DNA of 64,000 nt, from assembly GCF_003334785.1 (NCBI RefSeq), contig NZ_QOWV01000001.1. One strand, 5' to 3'. Source of the stretch: Escherichia coli (GTDB lineage: Bacteria; Pseudomonadota; Gammaproteobacteria; Enterobacterales; Enterobacteriaceae). Position numbers and translations under genes: made by a program. Of the stretch, positions 37,798-49,414 are shown in pieces; the stretch's first letter is position 1; every line of letters begins with the position of its first letter. Below the pieces are notes generated by a model. The model had not been told where the DNA came from and made no database searches. It saw nothing but the letters and a program-made list of their open reading frames with translations.

Positions 37798-38014
37798 TGA
37801 CACTCGTATACTGGCAGTCTGATAGCTATTGAGGTCGAAGATAGTACCTTTGACAGAATAATTATGCAATATTTCTGCTTTAAAAGTTAAAAGCAAAGCG
37901 CATTATTCAATAAACATAGCACAAAATAACGGGGGCGGTGGTCGGCGAGCATAAATGTCGGCATTCCTCACGAAATGCCGGACAATTTACGGGGTTTATT
38001 GGTTGATCAAGGCG

Positions 38015-38530
38015 TTAGCGATTCTCGATGGACTGACGGAGCGTACCCGCCGTGGCATGAACGCTACCGCCTAAGTAACGCACATCGTCGATGACCCAAC
38101 ACTGGCCTTCCTGAATCATTAACACTTCATCCTGCCAACCCTGGTCACCCTGTTTGAGATCCACGCGCAATGGAATGTTACGGGCATCACGATTAGGGAT
38201 AGTCGATGCACTGGCAACGTGGGCGCTATCTGGCAAGGTGGTTCGACTGGAGAATGGATCGTTGGTCAGTAGTTCCCGATGGTTATTATCCCGGGAGGCA
38301 TCGCTAAGCAGTGTCGCCAGTTTGTCGCTCAGATAAGGGCGCAAGGCGGTGATGTCGTTGCTGCGGTGCAAAATGCGGTAGTCATAAAATTGCTGGGCCA
38401 CGTTATCCGGGCCTCCTTCAACGCAAGGACCACTGCGTGTGCCGTTATCTTTATAAGCTGGAGTGACTGTGGTGCAGGCACTGAGGAGCAGTGCGCAGGG
38501 GATAAGCATTGTCAATTTGCTGTAGCGCAT
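38015..38530 (-). CDS. ybjP: Lipoprotein YbjP
   Basis: 171 aa with the lipobox LLSAC after a signal sequence. Confidence 0.9.
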   Translation of the reverse strand: MRYSKLTMLIPCALLLSACTTVTPAYKDNGTRSGPCVEGGPDNVAQQFYDYRILHRSNDITALRPYLSDKLATLLSDASRDNNHRELLTNDPFSSRTTLPDSAHVASASTIPNRDARNIPLRVDLKQGDQGWQDEVLMIQEGQCWVIDDVRYLGGSVHATAGTLRQSIENR

Positions 38531-38655
38531 AATGATTTCCTTATAAGCGATCGCTCTGAAAGCGTTCTACGATAATAATGATATCCTTTCAATAATAGCG
38601 TATCAGTCTGATAATGCTTTTGAGATCGAAGGCTTAGCAAACAAGGAGATCGATC

Positions 38656-38979
38656 ATGCAATTTTCTACAACCCCAACTCTGGAAGGCCAGACCATCGTT
38701 GAATATTGCGGTGTGGTGACCGGCGAAGCGATTTTAGGTGCCAATATTTTCCGTGATTTCTTTGCCGGTATCCGCGATATCGTTGGCGGACGTTCCGGTG
38801 CGTATGAAAAAGAACTGCGTAAAGCACGGGAGATCGCCTTTGAGGAATTAGGCTCCCAGGCGCGGGCGCTGGGGGCCGATGCCGTCGTCGGTATTGATAT
38901 CGACTACGAAACGGTCGGGCAAAACGGCAGTATGCTGATGGTTAGCGTCAGCGGTACGGCGGTGAAAACGCGTCGATGA
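38656..38979 (+). CDS. ybjQ: UPF0145 protein YbjQ
   Basis: 107 aa. [48 protein letters not shown] is recognised as YbjQ. Confidence 0.92.
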
Positions 38980-39806
38980 GAAGATTCTTCTGGCTGGTCG
39001 CTGCCGCTCTGTTATTGGCAGGGTGTGCAGGCGAAAAAGGCATTGTCGAGAAAGAGGGATATCAGCTTGATACCCGACGCCAGGCGCAGGCGGCGTATCC
39101 GCGCATTAAAGTGCTGGTGATCCACTACACCGCAGATGATTTTGATAGCTCGCTGGCGACACTGACCGATAAGCAGGTCAGCTCGCATTATCTGGTCCCT
39201 GCGGTACCACCGCGATACAACGGTAAACCGCGCATCTGGCAACTGGTGCCGGAACAAGAACTGGCCTGGCATGCGGGGATTAGCGCCTGGCGCGGGGCAA
39301 CGCGCCTTAACGACACCTCTATTGGCATTGAGCTGGAAAACCGTGGCTGGCAAAAATCGGCCGGAGTGAAATATTTTGCCCCGTTTGAACCGGCACAGAT
39401 TCAGGCGCTTATTCCACTGGCGAAAGATATTATTGCCCGTTATCACATCAAGCCGGAAAACGTAGTGGCACATGCGGATATCGCACCGCAGCGCAAAGAC
39501 GATCCGGGGCCATTATTTCCCTGGCAGCAACTGGCGCAGCAGGGGATTGGTGCCTGGCCGGATGCGCAGCGGGTTAACTTTTACCTTGCCGGGCGCGCGC
39601 CGCACACACCGGTAGATACCGCGTCATTGCTGGAGCTTTTGGCGCGCTACGGTTATGACGTTAAACCTGATATGACACCGCGCGAGCAGCGGCGCGTGAT
39701 TATGGCATTCCAGATGCATTTCCGCCCGACGTTATATAACGGCGAAGCGGATGCAGAAACTCAGGCGATTGCCGAAGCATTGCTGGAGAAATACGGGCAG
39801 GATTAG
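38976..39806 (+). CDS. amiD: N-acetylmuramoyl-L-alanine amidase AmiD (lipoprotein)
   Basis: 276 aa with the lipobox LLAGC and an Amidase_2 core (VIHYTA...SHYLV...AWHAG). Its start overlaps the ybjQ stop. Confidence 0.93.
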
Positions 39807-40816
39807 CGCGGCAGTTTTCCGTGGTCGCGTAGCCAGGCGGCAGTTTTCTCGATACCTTCATCCAGGGTGATGACCGGCTGATAACCTAACTCTTCCTGCG
39901 CACGCGTAATATCCAGCGTAAAGTCAAAATTCAACTTGGAGACGCCGTAGTGGGTCAGCGGCGGCTCTTTTGCTGACTTGCGGCCTAAACGCTCCATGCT
40001 GCGGGCGATCATATCCAGCATCGGGTAGGGGACGGAACGAATACGACAGTCAATATTCAACTCGTCGATCAGCTTCTGCACGATGCTGCGCAGTGTGCGA
40101 TGCTCGCCGTTGGTGATGTTGTACACACGCCCGGAAGGTAGCTTATCGCAGGCTTCCTGGCTTGCCAGCCACATTGCGTGCACGGCATTTTCATAGTAGG
40201 TCATATCGACCAGCGCACTGCCGCCATGCGGTAACAGAATACTGCCGTAGTGGTGCATCATATGCGCCAGACGGGGAATAAAGACTTTATCGTGCGGTCC
40301 GAACAGACTTTGTGGGCGCAGAATAGTAAAGCGCGTTTGTGGATTCGCCTGCGAAAGCATATTGATCACTTCTTCGCTGGCTGCTTTGCTGCGGGCAAAC
40401 TCGTTGGCGAAGCGGTGAGGGCGAAAATCTTCTTTAATATCGCGATGGTGGTGATAATCGAAGTACAGGGAGGGGGAAGAGATATGAATAAAGTTACGCA
40501 CACCCCAGGCGACAGCCCATTCACCCAGGCGGCGAGTGGCGCGAACGTTAGCCAGATCGAAAGCCTGTTGTGTCCCCCAGGGTGAGGTAAAGCTGGAGCA
40601 GTGCCACAGCGTATCAATGCCCGCGAGCATCACTTTAGCTTGTGATGAAACCAGCTCGGTCAGATCCGCCGGAACAAACTCTGCGCCCATTTTTTCCAGC
40701 AATTTGCCCATTGCCTCGTTGCGACCGGTCGCTCGCACGCTGATGCCTTTCTGGCATAAAAACTCTACCGCGTTTCGACCTAAGCCGCTGGTGGCGCCGG
40801 TAACCAGTACCTTCAT
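39803..40816 (-). CDS. ybjS: NAD(P)-dependent epimerase/dehydratase-family protein YbjS
   Basis: 337 aa from ATG 40816 ([20 protein letters not shown]...), with a Rossmann GxxGxxG. Confidence 0.9.
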   Translation of the reverse strand: MKVLVTGATSGLGRNAVEFLCQKGISVRATGRNEAMGKLLEKMGAEFVPADLTELVSSQAKVMLAGIDTLWHCSSFTSPWGTQQAFDLANVRATRRLGEWAVAWGVRNFIHISSPSLYFDYHHHRDIKEDFRPHRFANEFARSKAASEEVINMLSQANPQTRFTILRPQSLFGPHDKVFIPRLAHMMHHYGSILLPHGGSALVDMTYYENAVHAMWLASQEACDKLPSGRVYNITNGEHRTLRSIVQKLIDELNIDCRIRSVPYPMLDMIARSMERLGRKSAKEPPLTHYGVSKLNFDFTLDITRAQEELGYQPVITLDEGIEKTAAWLRDHGKLPR

Positions 40817-40914
40817 ATCAATCCACTGTTGTTGAGAAAATAACGTGCGCATTCTTCCGTGATTTCCCCCATGATGCAATGGGAAACATGAAAGAATAAC
40901 GCAGGTTTTGTCGA

Positions 40915-42345
40915 TTAATCTGTGCTTTGTTCTGCCAGTCTGGCGATTTGTTTTGCCATTCCGCGAAAAATAAACAGATGCGCGGGGATCATCAATAACC
41001 AGTAAAACAGCCCCGGCATACCGTGCGGATGCCAGAAAGCGCGGACATCGATAGTACGATAGTCGCCTTTATCTTCCAGGCTAAAACACAGTCGTCCCAG
41101 CCCCGGCGCTTTCATGCCAAATAACAACGTAAGTTGTTTTTCCGGTTCAACGACAATCACTTTCCAGCTATCCACCGCATCGCCAGTCTGTAAATATTCG
41201 CGCTCCGGGCGGCCTTTCGCCAGCTTATGACCGATCGCGCGGTCCATCAACGCCCGTGTCTGCCACAAAATATTGCCAAAGAAATAACGCTCTTTACCGC
41301 CGATTTGGTTCACTACCTGCCATAAAGCAGCAAGGCTGGCGGACGTTTTAACGGTAAACCCCGCCTGTTTGGCAAAATAACCGTACTCCGGTCGCCAGCG
41401 GGCAAAGGCCTGAGCGTCGTAGCCCCAGTCGCTGGAGTTGACCAGTTTTTCCTCCTCTTTCAACGTGCTACGTACCGCGTCATCGAAAGCGATCAGCCGT
41501 TGTGGGATGAGTGCACGTAGCGCGGTATCATCCGCCAGCAGATCGTGTTTCAGCCCCTGAATCAACGCCCTGGCGGTGGTGGGCGGTACGGAAGTAATCA
41601 CATTGAGAAACCACACCGAAATCCAGCGGGTGGGGAGGGGGATGGGGATCAACCAGCGGCGCTTACCGCTCACCGCCATAAAATGTTCAAACTGTTGCTG
41701 ATAACTGAGCACCTCTGGTCCGGCGGCTTCGAAGATGCGGTGTTCGCTGGCCGGATGATCTAACAACGCAACCAGATAGTGCAGCAAGTTTTCCAGCGCA
41801 ATGGGCGTGGTGCGTGAACGAACCCAGCGCGGAGGCGTTAAGACTGGCAGGTTGTAGACCATATCGCGCATGACTTCGAACGCCGCGGAACCTGCGCCAA
41901 CGATAATTCCGGCCCGCAGTTCGGTCACGGGTACATTCGCTTCACGCAGAATGTCCGCCGTAGCCTGACGAGCACGCAGATGATCCGACTGCTCATGTGG
42001 CGGGGCCTGCAACGAACTAAGAAAGATTAATTGCTTAACTGGTACTTCACGTAGCGCATCGCGGACGTTGAGAGCCACCTGGCGCTCCTGAGCGATAAAA
42101 TCGCCGCCTTCGCCCATGCTGTGCACCAGAAAATAGACCGTATCGATATCCTGCAACAGGGCCGGTAGGTTATCCGGCCAGCTGAGATCGACTTTATGGC
42201 AACTGACGTTTGCCAGTTGCAGCTTTGCAAGCCTGTCGACATGACGTGCCGCCGCCAGGATCTGATGCCCTTGCTGGCTGAGTGTGCGCACCAGATGCTG
42301 ACCAATGTAGCCACTGGCACCGAGAACTAAAATGCGTTGCGGCAC
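40915..42345 (-). CDS. ybjT: NAD(P)-binding/DUF2867 protein YbjT
   Basis: 476 aa from GTG 42345 ([21 protein letters not shown]...). This length matches K-12 YbjT, whereas the longer ATG-initiated track ORF would overlap ltaE. Confidence 0.85.
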
Positions 42346-42355
42346 GTCTCTCTCC

Positions 42356-43357
42356 TTAACGCGCCAGGAATGCACGCCAGTGGGCGGCGACTTCCGCCAG
42401 TTGTTCGCGCGAGACGTCAAGATGCGTCACCAGGCGGACAATCGGCGAGGCGTTAATCAGCACGTTTCTCGCTTTCATGTATTCGCCTAACGCGGCAGCA
42501 TTTTCTTCCCCGACGCGAACAAACAGCATATTGGTGTCCTGACGCATCACATCCGCGCCTGCTTCACGCAGCTGCTCCGCCATCCAGGCAGCGTTGTCGT
42601 GGTCTTCCTGCAAGCGCGCAACGTTATTTTTCAGGGCATATATCCCGGCGGCAGCCAGAATGCCGGACTGGCGCATCCCGCCACCTGTCATTTTCCGCCA
42701 GCGAATGGCACGTTTAATGTAATCACGATTACCGACGAGTAATGAACCGACTGGCGTCCCAAGACCTTTCGACAGGCAAATGGTGAACGAATCACAATAT
42801 TGCGTGATCTCTTTCAGTTCGCAGCCGTAAGCCACCACGGCATTAAAGATGCGCGCACCGTCAACATGCAGCGCCAGATTGCGCTCGCGGGTAAATTCCC
42901 ATGCTTCTTTCAGGTATTCCCGCGGCAACACTTTGCCGTTGTGGGTGTTTTCCAGACTGAGTAATTTGGTGCGGGCGAAATGGATATCGTCGGGTTTGAT
43001 TTTCATCGCCACTTTATCCAGCGGTAGCGTGCCGTCGGCAGCCGCGTCTATGGGTTGCGGTTGAATACTGCCCAGCACCGCCGCGCCACCGGCTTCAAAC
43101 AGATAGTTATGCGCGGCCTGACCGACAATATACTCTTCGCCGCGTTCGCAGTGACTGAGCAGAGCGACCAGGTTGGCCTGAGTGCCGGTAGGCAGAAAAA
43201 TGGCGGCTTCTTTACCGGAAAGCTCTGCTGCGTAGTCCTGCAGAGCATTAACGGTAGGGTCGTCTCCGTAAACGTCGTCCCCAACCGGGGCGGCCATCAT
43301 CGCTTCGAGCATGGCGCGGCTTGGTCGGGTAACGGTATCACTGCGTAAATCAATCAT
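42356..43357 (-). CDS. ltaE: Low-specificity L-threonine aldolase
   Basis: 333 aa. [40 protein letters not shown] is recognised as LtaE. Confidence 0.95.
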   Translation of the reverse strand: MIDLRSDTVTRPSRAMLEAMMAAPVGDDVYGDDPTVNALQDYAAELSGKEAAIFLPTGTQANLVALLSHCERGEEYIVGQAAHNYLFEAGGAAVLGSIQPQPIDAAADGTLPLDKVAMKIKPDDIHFARTKLLSLENTHNGKVLPREYLKEAWEFTRERNLALHVDGARIFNAVVAYGCELKEITQYCDSFTICLSKGLGTPVGSLLVGNRDYIKRAIRWRKMTGGGMRQSGILAAAGIYALKNNVARLQEDHDNAAWMAEQLREAGADVMRQDTNMLFVRVGEENAAALGEYMKARNVLINASPIVRLVTHLDVSREQLAEVAAHWRAFLAR

Positions 43358-43393
43358 GGCATGTCCTTATTATGACGGGAAATGCCACCCTTT

Positions 43394-45112
43394 TTACCTT
43401 AGCCAGTTTGTTTTCGCCAGTTCGATCACTTCATCACCGCGTCCGCTGATGATTGCGCGCAGCATATACAGGCTGAAACCTTTGGCCTGTTCGAGTTTGA
43501 TCTGCGGTGGAATGGCTAACTCTTCTTTGGCGACCACCACATCCACCAACACCGGACCGTCGATGGAGAAGGCGCGTTGCAGGGCTTCATCAACTTCAGA
43601 CGCTTTTTCTACACGGATACCCGTAATGCCGCACGCTTCGGCAATGCGGGCAAAGTTTGTGTCGTGTAGTTCGGTGCCGTCAGTCAAATAGCCACCAGCT
43701 TTCATCTCCATCGCCACAAAGCCCAGCACGCTGTTGTTAAAGACGACAATTTTCACTGGCAGTTTCATCTGCACTACTGAGAGGAAATCGCCCATCAACA
43801 TGCTAAAACCGCCATCGCCGCACATGGCGACCACCTGACGTTCTGGCTCTGTCGCCTGCGCACCCAGCGCCTGCGGCATGGCGTTAGCCATCGAACCGTG
43901 GTTAAACGAACCTAACAGGCGACGCTTGCCGTTCATTTTTAGATAACGTGCCGCCCACACCGTTGGCGTACCAACGTCACAGGTGAAAATAGCGTCATCG
44001 GCGGCAAAATGACTAATTTGCTGCGCCAGATATTGCGGGTGAATGGCTTTCTCGCTCGGTTTAGCTAAATCGTCCAGCCCTTTGCGGGCGTCGCGGTAAT
44101 CTTCCAGCGCTTTATCCAGAAACTTGCGATCGGCTTTTTCTTCCACCAATGGAAGCAATGCACGCAGAGTCGACTTGATATCGCCGACCAGTGCCATATC
44201 CACCTTGCTGTGAGCGCCGATGCTGGCTGGGTTGATATCAATCTGAATGATTTTGGCATCGGTCGGGTAGAAGGCGCGGTAGGGAAATTGCGTGCCGAGT
44301 AGCACTAACGTGTCGGCGTTCATCATGGTATGGAAACCTGACGAGAAGCCGATTAACCCGGTCATTCCAACATCATACGGATTATCGTATTCGACATGTT
44401 CTTTACCGCGCAGGGCATGAACAATAGGCGCTTTAATTTTCCCGGCAAACTCAACTAACTCTTTATGCGCCCCCGCGCAGCCGCTGCCACACATCAGGGC
44501 GATATTGCTGGAATAACGCAGCAGTTGCGCCAGTTTGCGTAACTCTTCTTCTTCCGGCGTCACGACTGGTTGTGGCGCATGATACCAGTGCATGGTTGCC
44601 CCTTCTGGCGCAGGTTTTAACGCCACGTCGCCTGGTAACACGACAACCGAAACGCCACGGTTAAGCACCGCTTTGCGCATGGCAATCGCCAGTACTTGTG
44701 GGATCTGCTCCGGGCTGGAAACCAGCTCGCAATAGTGACTACATTCGCGGAATAGCTCTTGTGGGTGGGTTTCCTGGAAATAGCCGCTGCCAATTTCGCT
44801 GGAGGGAATATGAGCGGCAATCGCCAGTACCGGAACGTGATTGCGGTGGCAATCGAACAGGCCGTTGATTAAGTGCAGGTTGCCGGGGCCGCACGATCCG
44901 GCGCAGACCGCCAGTTCTCCGCTAAGTTGTGCTTCAGCGCCAGCGGCAAAGGCCGCCACTTCTTCGTGGCGGGTGGACATCCACTCGATGGTGCCCATGC
45001 GATTAAGACTGTCACTAAGACCGTTCAGAGAGTCGCCTGTGACTCCCCAGATGCGTTTCACCCCTGCCGATTCGAGTGTTTTGGCGATATAAGCTGCAAC
45101 CGTTTGTTTCAT
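43394..45112 (-). CDS. poxB: Pyruvate:ubiquinone oxidoreductase (pyruvate oxidase) PoxB
   Basis: 572 aa. [32 protein letters not shown] is recognised as PoxB, with the TPP motif [11 protein letters not shown]. Confidence 0.96.
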
Positions 45113-45244
45113 GGTTCTCCATCTCCTGAATGTGATAACGGTAACAAGTTTAGTTCATCTGACGGAGGGGGAAGGGATGGGAGAGAAAGGAGGCACTAAC
45201 GGTTAAATAGCCCGATGAAAGGAATATCATCGGGCATAAGGCGA

Positions 45245-46213
45245 TTATGCGAGAACCAAATCCCCCTGCGGATGGCAGGAGCAGGCCAGTACGTAACCTT
45301 CAGCGATTTCGGCGTCGGTCAGCGTCATTGTGCTGCTCACCGTATATTCACCGGAAACCACTTTTGTCTTACAGCAGCCGCAAACACCCGCACGGCAGGC
45401 AGCGACAACCGGAACGTTATTGCTTTCCAGCGCCTCCAGTAGCGTGGTGCCAACCGGGGCGTAAAATTCTCGTGCCGGTTGCAGTTTGGTGAATTTCAGA
45501 CCGCTGGTCGCCGCTTCTGCTACTGGGGTGAAGAATTTCTCTTTAAAGAAACGCGTCACGCCGAGCGCTTTCACTTCCTGCTCTACCCAATCCATATACG
45601 GAGCCGGGCCGCAGGTCATCACGGTACGTGAAGCTAAGTCAGGTACACCTGCCAGCAGTTCGCGAGTGAGACGACCAGCGATAAAGCCTTCGGTAACGTT
45701 ATTTTCTGCCACCAGCGTTACCGGATAGTTACGCCACTCATCGGCGAAAATAACATCCTGCGGCGTACGCACGTTGTAGATCACCCGCACATCGGCCTGT
45801 GGACGGTTCTTCGCAAGCCAGCGACGCATCGACATAATCGGCGTGACGCCGCAGCCTGCCGCCAGCAACAGGAATTTATCTTCTGCTTTATCGTCGCAGG
45901 TAAATTCCCCCATCGCGTCCGAAAGCCAGAGATAATCACCGCGTTTTACATCGCGCGTCAGCCACTGGGAGCCGACACCGTCATCAATCCGCCGCACGGT
46001 CAGGGTGATATATTCACTCACGCCTGGCGTGGAGGAAATGGTGTAAGCACGCAGCGTTTCCGCTGAGTTTCGCACGCTGACCAGTGCATATTGCCCGGCG
46101 CGATATGGGTAGTAATCGTGGCAAATCAGGGAAATCGTCCACACATCCGGCGTTTCTTGCGTAATGTGATGAACCTGCATCCGCCACGGGCATTGATTCG
46201 TTGGCATCGTCAT
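45245..46213 (-). CDS. hcr: NADH oxidoreductase for hybrid-cluster protein (Hcr)
   Basis: 322 aa from ATG 46213, with an FNR-like flavin/NAD module plus a C-terminal 2Fe-2S motif CRAGVCGCC. Confidence 0.94.
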   Translation of the reverse strand: MTMPTNQCPWRMQVHHITQETPDVWTISLICHDYYPYRAGQYALVSVRNSAETLRAYTISSTPGVSEYITLTVRRIDDGVGSQWLTRDVKRGDYLWLSDAMGEFTCDDKAEDKFLLLAAGCGVTPIMSMRRWLAKNRPQADVRVIYNVRTPQDVIFADEWRNYPVTLVAENNVTEGFIAGRLTRELLAGVPDLASRTVMTCGPAPYMDWVEQEVKALGVTRFFKEKFFTPVAEAATSGLKFTKLQPAREFYAPVGTTLLEALESNNVPVVAACRAGVCGCCKTKVVSGEYTVSSTMTLTDAEIAEGYVLACSCHPQGDLVLA

Positions 46214-46224
46214 CGACAAACTCC

Positions 46225-47877
46225 TTACGCGCTCAACAGTTGCTTCATGTCTTCTTCAACAGTGGTGATAGAACGCAGGCCGAATTTCTCGTTCAGCACC
46301 GCCAGCAGGTCTGGTGTCAGGAAACCAGGTGCAGTCGGGCCGGTGACGATATTTTTCACGCCCAGAGAAAGCAGCGTCAGCAGAATGACGATCGCTTTCT
46401 GTTCAAACCAGGAGAGCACCAGCGACAGCGGCAGATCGTTGACACCGCAGCCCAGTTTCTCTGCCAGAGTGACAGCCAGAATAATCGCTGAGTAAGCATC
46501 GTTACATTGACCTGCATCTACCAGACGCGGCAGACCTTCGATATCGCCAAACTCAAGTTTGTTAAAGCGATATTTACCACAGGCGAGGGTCAGGATCAGG
46601 CAGTCATCCGGCACGCTGGTGGCGAAATCGGTGAAGTAGTGGCGCTCGCCGCGTGCGCCGTCACAGCCACCAAGCAGGAAGATATGACGCAGTTTTTCAC
46701 GGCTCACCAGATCAATCAGCGTATCAGCAGCGCCAAGCAGCGTCTGGCGACCAAAACCCACGGTGATAAGGTGCGGAATTTCGCTGTACGGGAAGCCTGC
46801 CATCTGTTGCGCCTGGGTGATAACCGCAGAGAAATCATCACCGTCCAGATGACGCACGCCAGGCCAGCCAACAATGCTGCGGGTCCAGATACGATCGTCA
46901 TAAGCGCCTACGGTTGGGTCGATGATGCAGTTCGAGGTCATCACGATGGGGCCAGGGAAACGAGCGAACTCCACTTGCTGATTCTGCCAGCCGCTGCCGT
47001 AGTTACCGACCAGATGCTTGAATTTACGCAGCTCCGGGTAGCCATGCGCAGGCAGCATTTCGCCGTGGGTGTAGACATTAACGCCCGTGCCTTCGGTCTG
47101 TTCCAGCAGGTTGTAGAGATCTTTGAGATCGTGACCGGAAATCAGAATGCATTTACCCGCCGTCGCTTTGACGTTGACCTGGGTTGGCGTCGGGTGACCG
47201 TATTTACCGGTTTCGCCTGCATCCAGAATGCTCATCACTTTGAAGTTCATCTGGCCGATTTCCATTGAACACTCAAGAAGCGCGTTCATATCGGCAGGCC
47301 AGGTCCCCAGCCACGCCATGATTTTATGGTACTGGGCATAAATATCGTTGTCGTATTGACCGAGAACATGCGCGTGTTCCATATAGGCCGCCGCACCTTT
47401 CAGGCCATACAGGCACAGCAGACGCAGGCCGAGAATGTTTTCGCCAATCGCCGCTTTATCTTTGTTAGGGGTAAATTCTGCTGCCTGACGTTGCAGCTCG
47501 CCGAGATCGTCGCTCACCAGTTGCAGGTCAGCCATCGGGTTATCGACGCGCGCGTTGGCATCTACAGCCAGGCATTGCGCTTTCAGCGCCTCGCGCAGGG
47601 CAATCGCTTCACGAGCGTAGCCGACAATACGCGGAGAATCGAAGTTAACGTTGGTCAGGGTTGAGAAAAAGGCACGTGGCGCGAAGCTGTCAACATCGTG
47701 GTTGATGATGCCGTATTCACGCGCTTTTACCGCCCAGGCAGAAAGCCCTTGCAGCGCCGCGATGAGTAAATCCTGAAGGTCAGAAGTTTCCGCCGTTTTA
47801 CCACACATCCCCTGCGCGTATGAGCAGCCGTTTCCTGCCGGAGTACGGATAGTTTGTTCACATTGCACACAAAACAT
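46225..47877 (-). CDS. hcp: Hybrid-cluster protein / hydroxylamine-NO reductase Hcp
   Basis: 550 aa from ATG 47877 ([27 protein letters not shown]), with an N-terminal Cys cluster. Confidence 0.96.
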
Positions 47878-47891
47878 GATCACACCTTTTA

Positions 47892-47914
47892 AAGTTATAT
47901 TTAATATACATGTT
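47892..47914. promoter_or_regulatory. NsrR-like AT-rich inverted repeat in the hcp promoter (weak call)
   Basis: AAGTTATATTTAATATACATGTT is 23 bp and loosely resembles the 11-1-11 NsrR box (AAnATGCATTT-n-AAATGCATnTT). hcp is a known NsrR target. Confidence 0.3.
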
Positions 47915-47973
47915 TAAGGTTAAGACGCTTAACGCGGGGATAAAAGGGATTTTTCATGCAACTTTAAGGGAGA

Positions 47974-47987
47974 TTGATTTAGCGCAA
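47974..47987. promoter_or_regulatory. FNR-like site upstream of hcp (weak call)
   Basis: TTGATTTAGCGCAA compared with TTGAT-N4-ATCAA: the left half is perfect and the right half matches 3 of 5. It is centred ~100 nt upstream of the hcp ATG, and hcp is FNR-dependent. Confidence 0.35.
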
Positions 47988-48020
47988 TTTTGGCGGCAGG
48001 GATCTACCGCCAGAGAGGTA

Positions 48021-48920
48021 TTACGCAGAGAAAAAGGCGATGAGGATCGGCACTAACAGGCTAAGAATAAAACCGTGAACAATTGCCGCCGGGACCATAT
48101 CCAGCCCGCCAGTACGTTGAAGAACGGGCAGGGTGAAATCCATTGATGTGGCACCGCATAAGCCCAGTGCAGTAGAGCGGCTGCGGCGAATCAGCCCAGG
48201 GATCAACATAATAGCAATCAGTTCACGGGCCAGATCATTAAAAAACGCCGCGCTCCCGATTACCGGACCAAAAGATTCGGTCAATAAAATACCGGAAAGA
48301 GAATACCAGCCGAAACCGGAGGCCATTGCCAGCGCGGTATTGATGGGGAGATCAAGAATAAAGGCGTTAATTAAACCACCAATTAATGAACTGACAACCA
48401 CCACCACGGCGACAATCATTCCCCGGCGATTAAGGACAATCTGCTTTAAGGTCATGCCATTATTGCGCAACTGAATACCAACGAGGAAAAGTAGCAAAAT
48501 TAACGTGTATTCACTGGCTTCGGTCGCGTGTTGTAAGAAAGCCAGTCCACTTAGACCAATGGCAAAACCAATCACTACTACGCCGCACAGTTTTAGCGAC
48601 TCCAGCGCCATCGCAATACGCGACGGGAGTTTTTCTTGCTGATGGTGGTTGCGCCACGGCAGGCCTCGCTCCAGCCACATCAGGGCGGCAATATTACACA
48701 GTAAAATAACGGTAATACTGACGGCAGAATAATGCAGAATCGCCAACAGGTTACTGGCGAGGTTATCGAGAAACGCCAGACTGATACCCATAAAAAAGAG
48801 AATAAGGTAAACCATCCAGCTTAATAGCTGATTAATAACTTTTAACGCAGCTTGTTGGCGAAGCGGAATGAGGTAACCCACAATCAGGGGAACCAGAATG
48901 ATTAACAGCCCAGAAAACAT
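48021..48920 (-). CDS. lysO: L-lysine exporter LysO (YbjE)
   Basis: 299 aa from ATG 48920 (MFSGLLIILVPLIVGYLIPLRQQAALKVINQ...), polytopic. Confidence 0.92.
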   Translation of the reverse strand: MFSGLLIILVPLIVGYLIPLRQQAALKVINQLLSWMVYLILFFMGISLAFLDNLASNLLAILHYSAVSITVILLCNIAALMWLERGLPWRNHHQQEKLPSRIAMALESLKLCGVVVIGFAIGLSGLAFLQHATEASEYTLILLLFLVGIQLRNNGMTLKQIVLNRRGMIVAVVVVVSSLIGGLINAFILDLPINTALAMASGFGWYSLSGILLTESFGPVIGSAAFFNDLARELIAIMLIPGLIRRSRSTALGLCGATSMDFTLPVLQRTGGLDMVPAAIVHGFILSLLVPILIAFFSA

Positions 48921-49094
48921 GAAAACCCAGTCCTTGCAAAGATGAAGTCGAAATGCGCGATGACACACTACTGAAAGCGGAAGGACGAGTAAAGTTGCAA
49001 TTAAAAGGAAATGTTATGCATAAGGAGCAGTAGAGTATTCGTTTTCATTTAAAGATATTCTTGCGCTTTAATTACAAACTGCACCGATGTTGGT

Positions 49095-49291
49095 GGCGTC
49101 AAAATCGCCGAGGCGTTCCCTGAAGGCCGGGGCAGCCCACATGGATGTGGGCTGAGGGCGCGTTTTACAGGGATGTTACCTCGCGCCCGACCCGGTAGCC
49201 GTAAGGGATAAGTCGAGGGCACCGCGCAGCGGCGATTTTGTTCGCCAGAGCCCGGGGGTGCAGGGGGCGGCGGCGATTGGCCGCCCCCTGC
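49095..49291. other. GC-rich nested multi-hairpin element in the lysO-aqpZ spacer (function unknown)
   Basis: An 11-bp outer helix (49100-49110/49230-49240) encloses a 5-bp helix (49117-49121/49204-49208), a second 5-bp helix (49127-49131/49191-49195), hairpin 49133-49154 (10-bp stem) and hairpin 49156-49188 (7-bp stem). A separate 12-bp hairpin follows at 49260-49291. Confidence 0.6.
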
Positions 49292-49375
49292 GCGCTCCTT
49301 GCGCCAGTGGCAATATGTTGCTTAGCTCATGAAAGGAGCGCAACAAGATGATGAATCAACATATAACAACATCTT

Positions 49376-49405
49376 AAAAAAAGGCCTGACATTACGCCAG
49401 GCCTT
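49376..49405 (-). terminator. Rho-independent terminator of aqpZ
   Basis: AAGGCCTG (49381-49388) pairs with CAGGCCTT (49398-49405). The minus strand continues into TTTTTTT, 10 nt after the aqpZ stop. Confidence 0.8.
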
Positions 49406-49414
49406 CTGCGTTAA

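Noticed and set aside
49095-49246. Lysine (L-box) riboswitch in the lysO leader
   Set aside because: It is attractive because lysO exports lysine. However, I could not find the conserved L-box junction motifs on either strand, and the helix count and lengths do not resemble the lysC leader as I recall it. I kept it only as an unexplained structured element.
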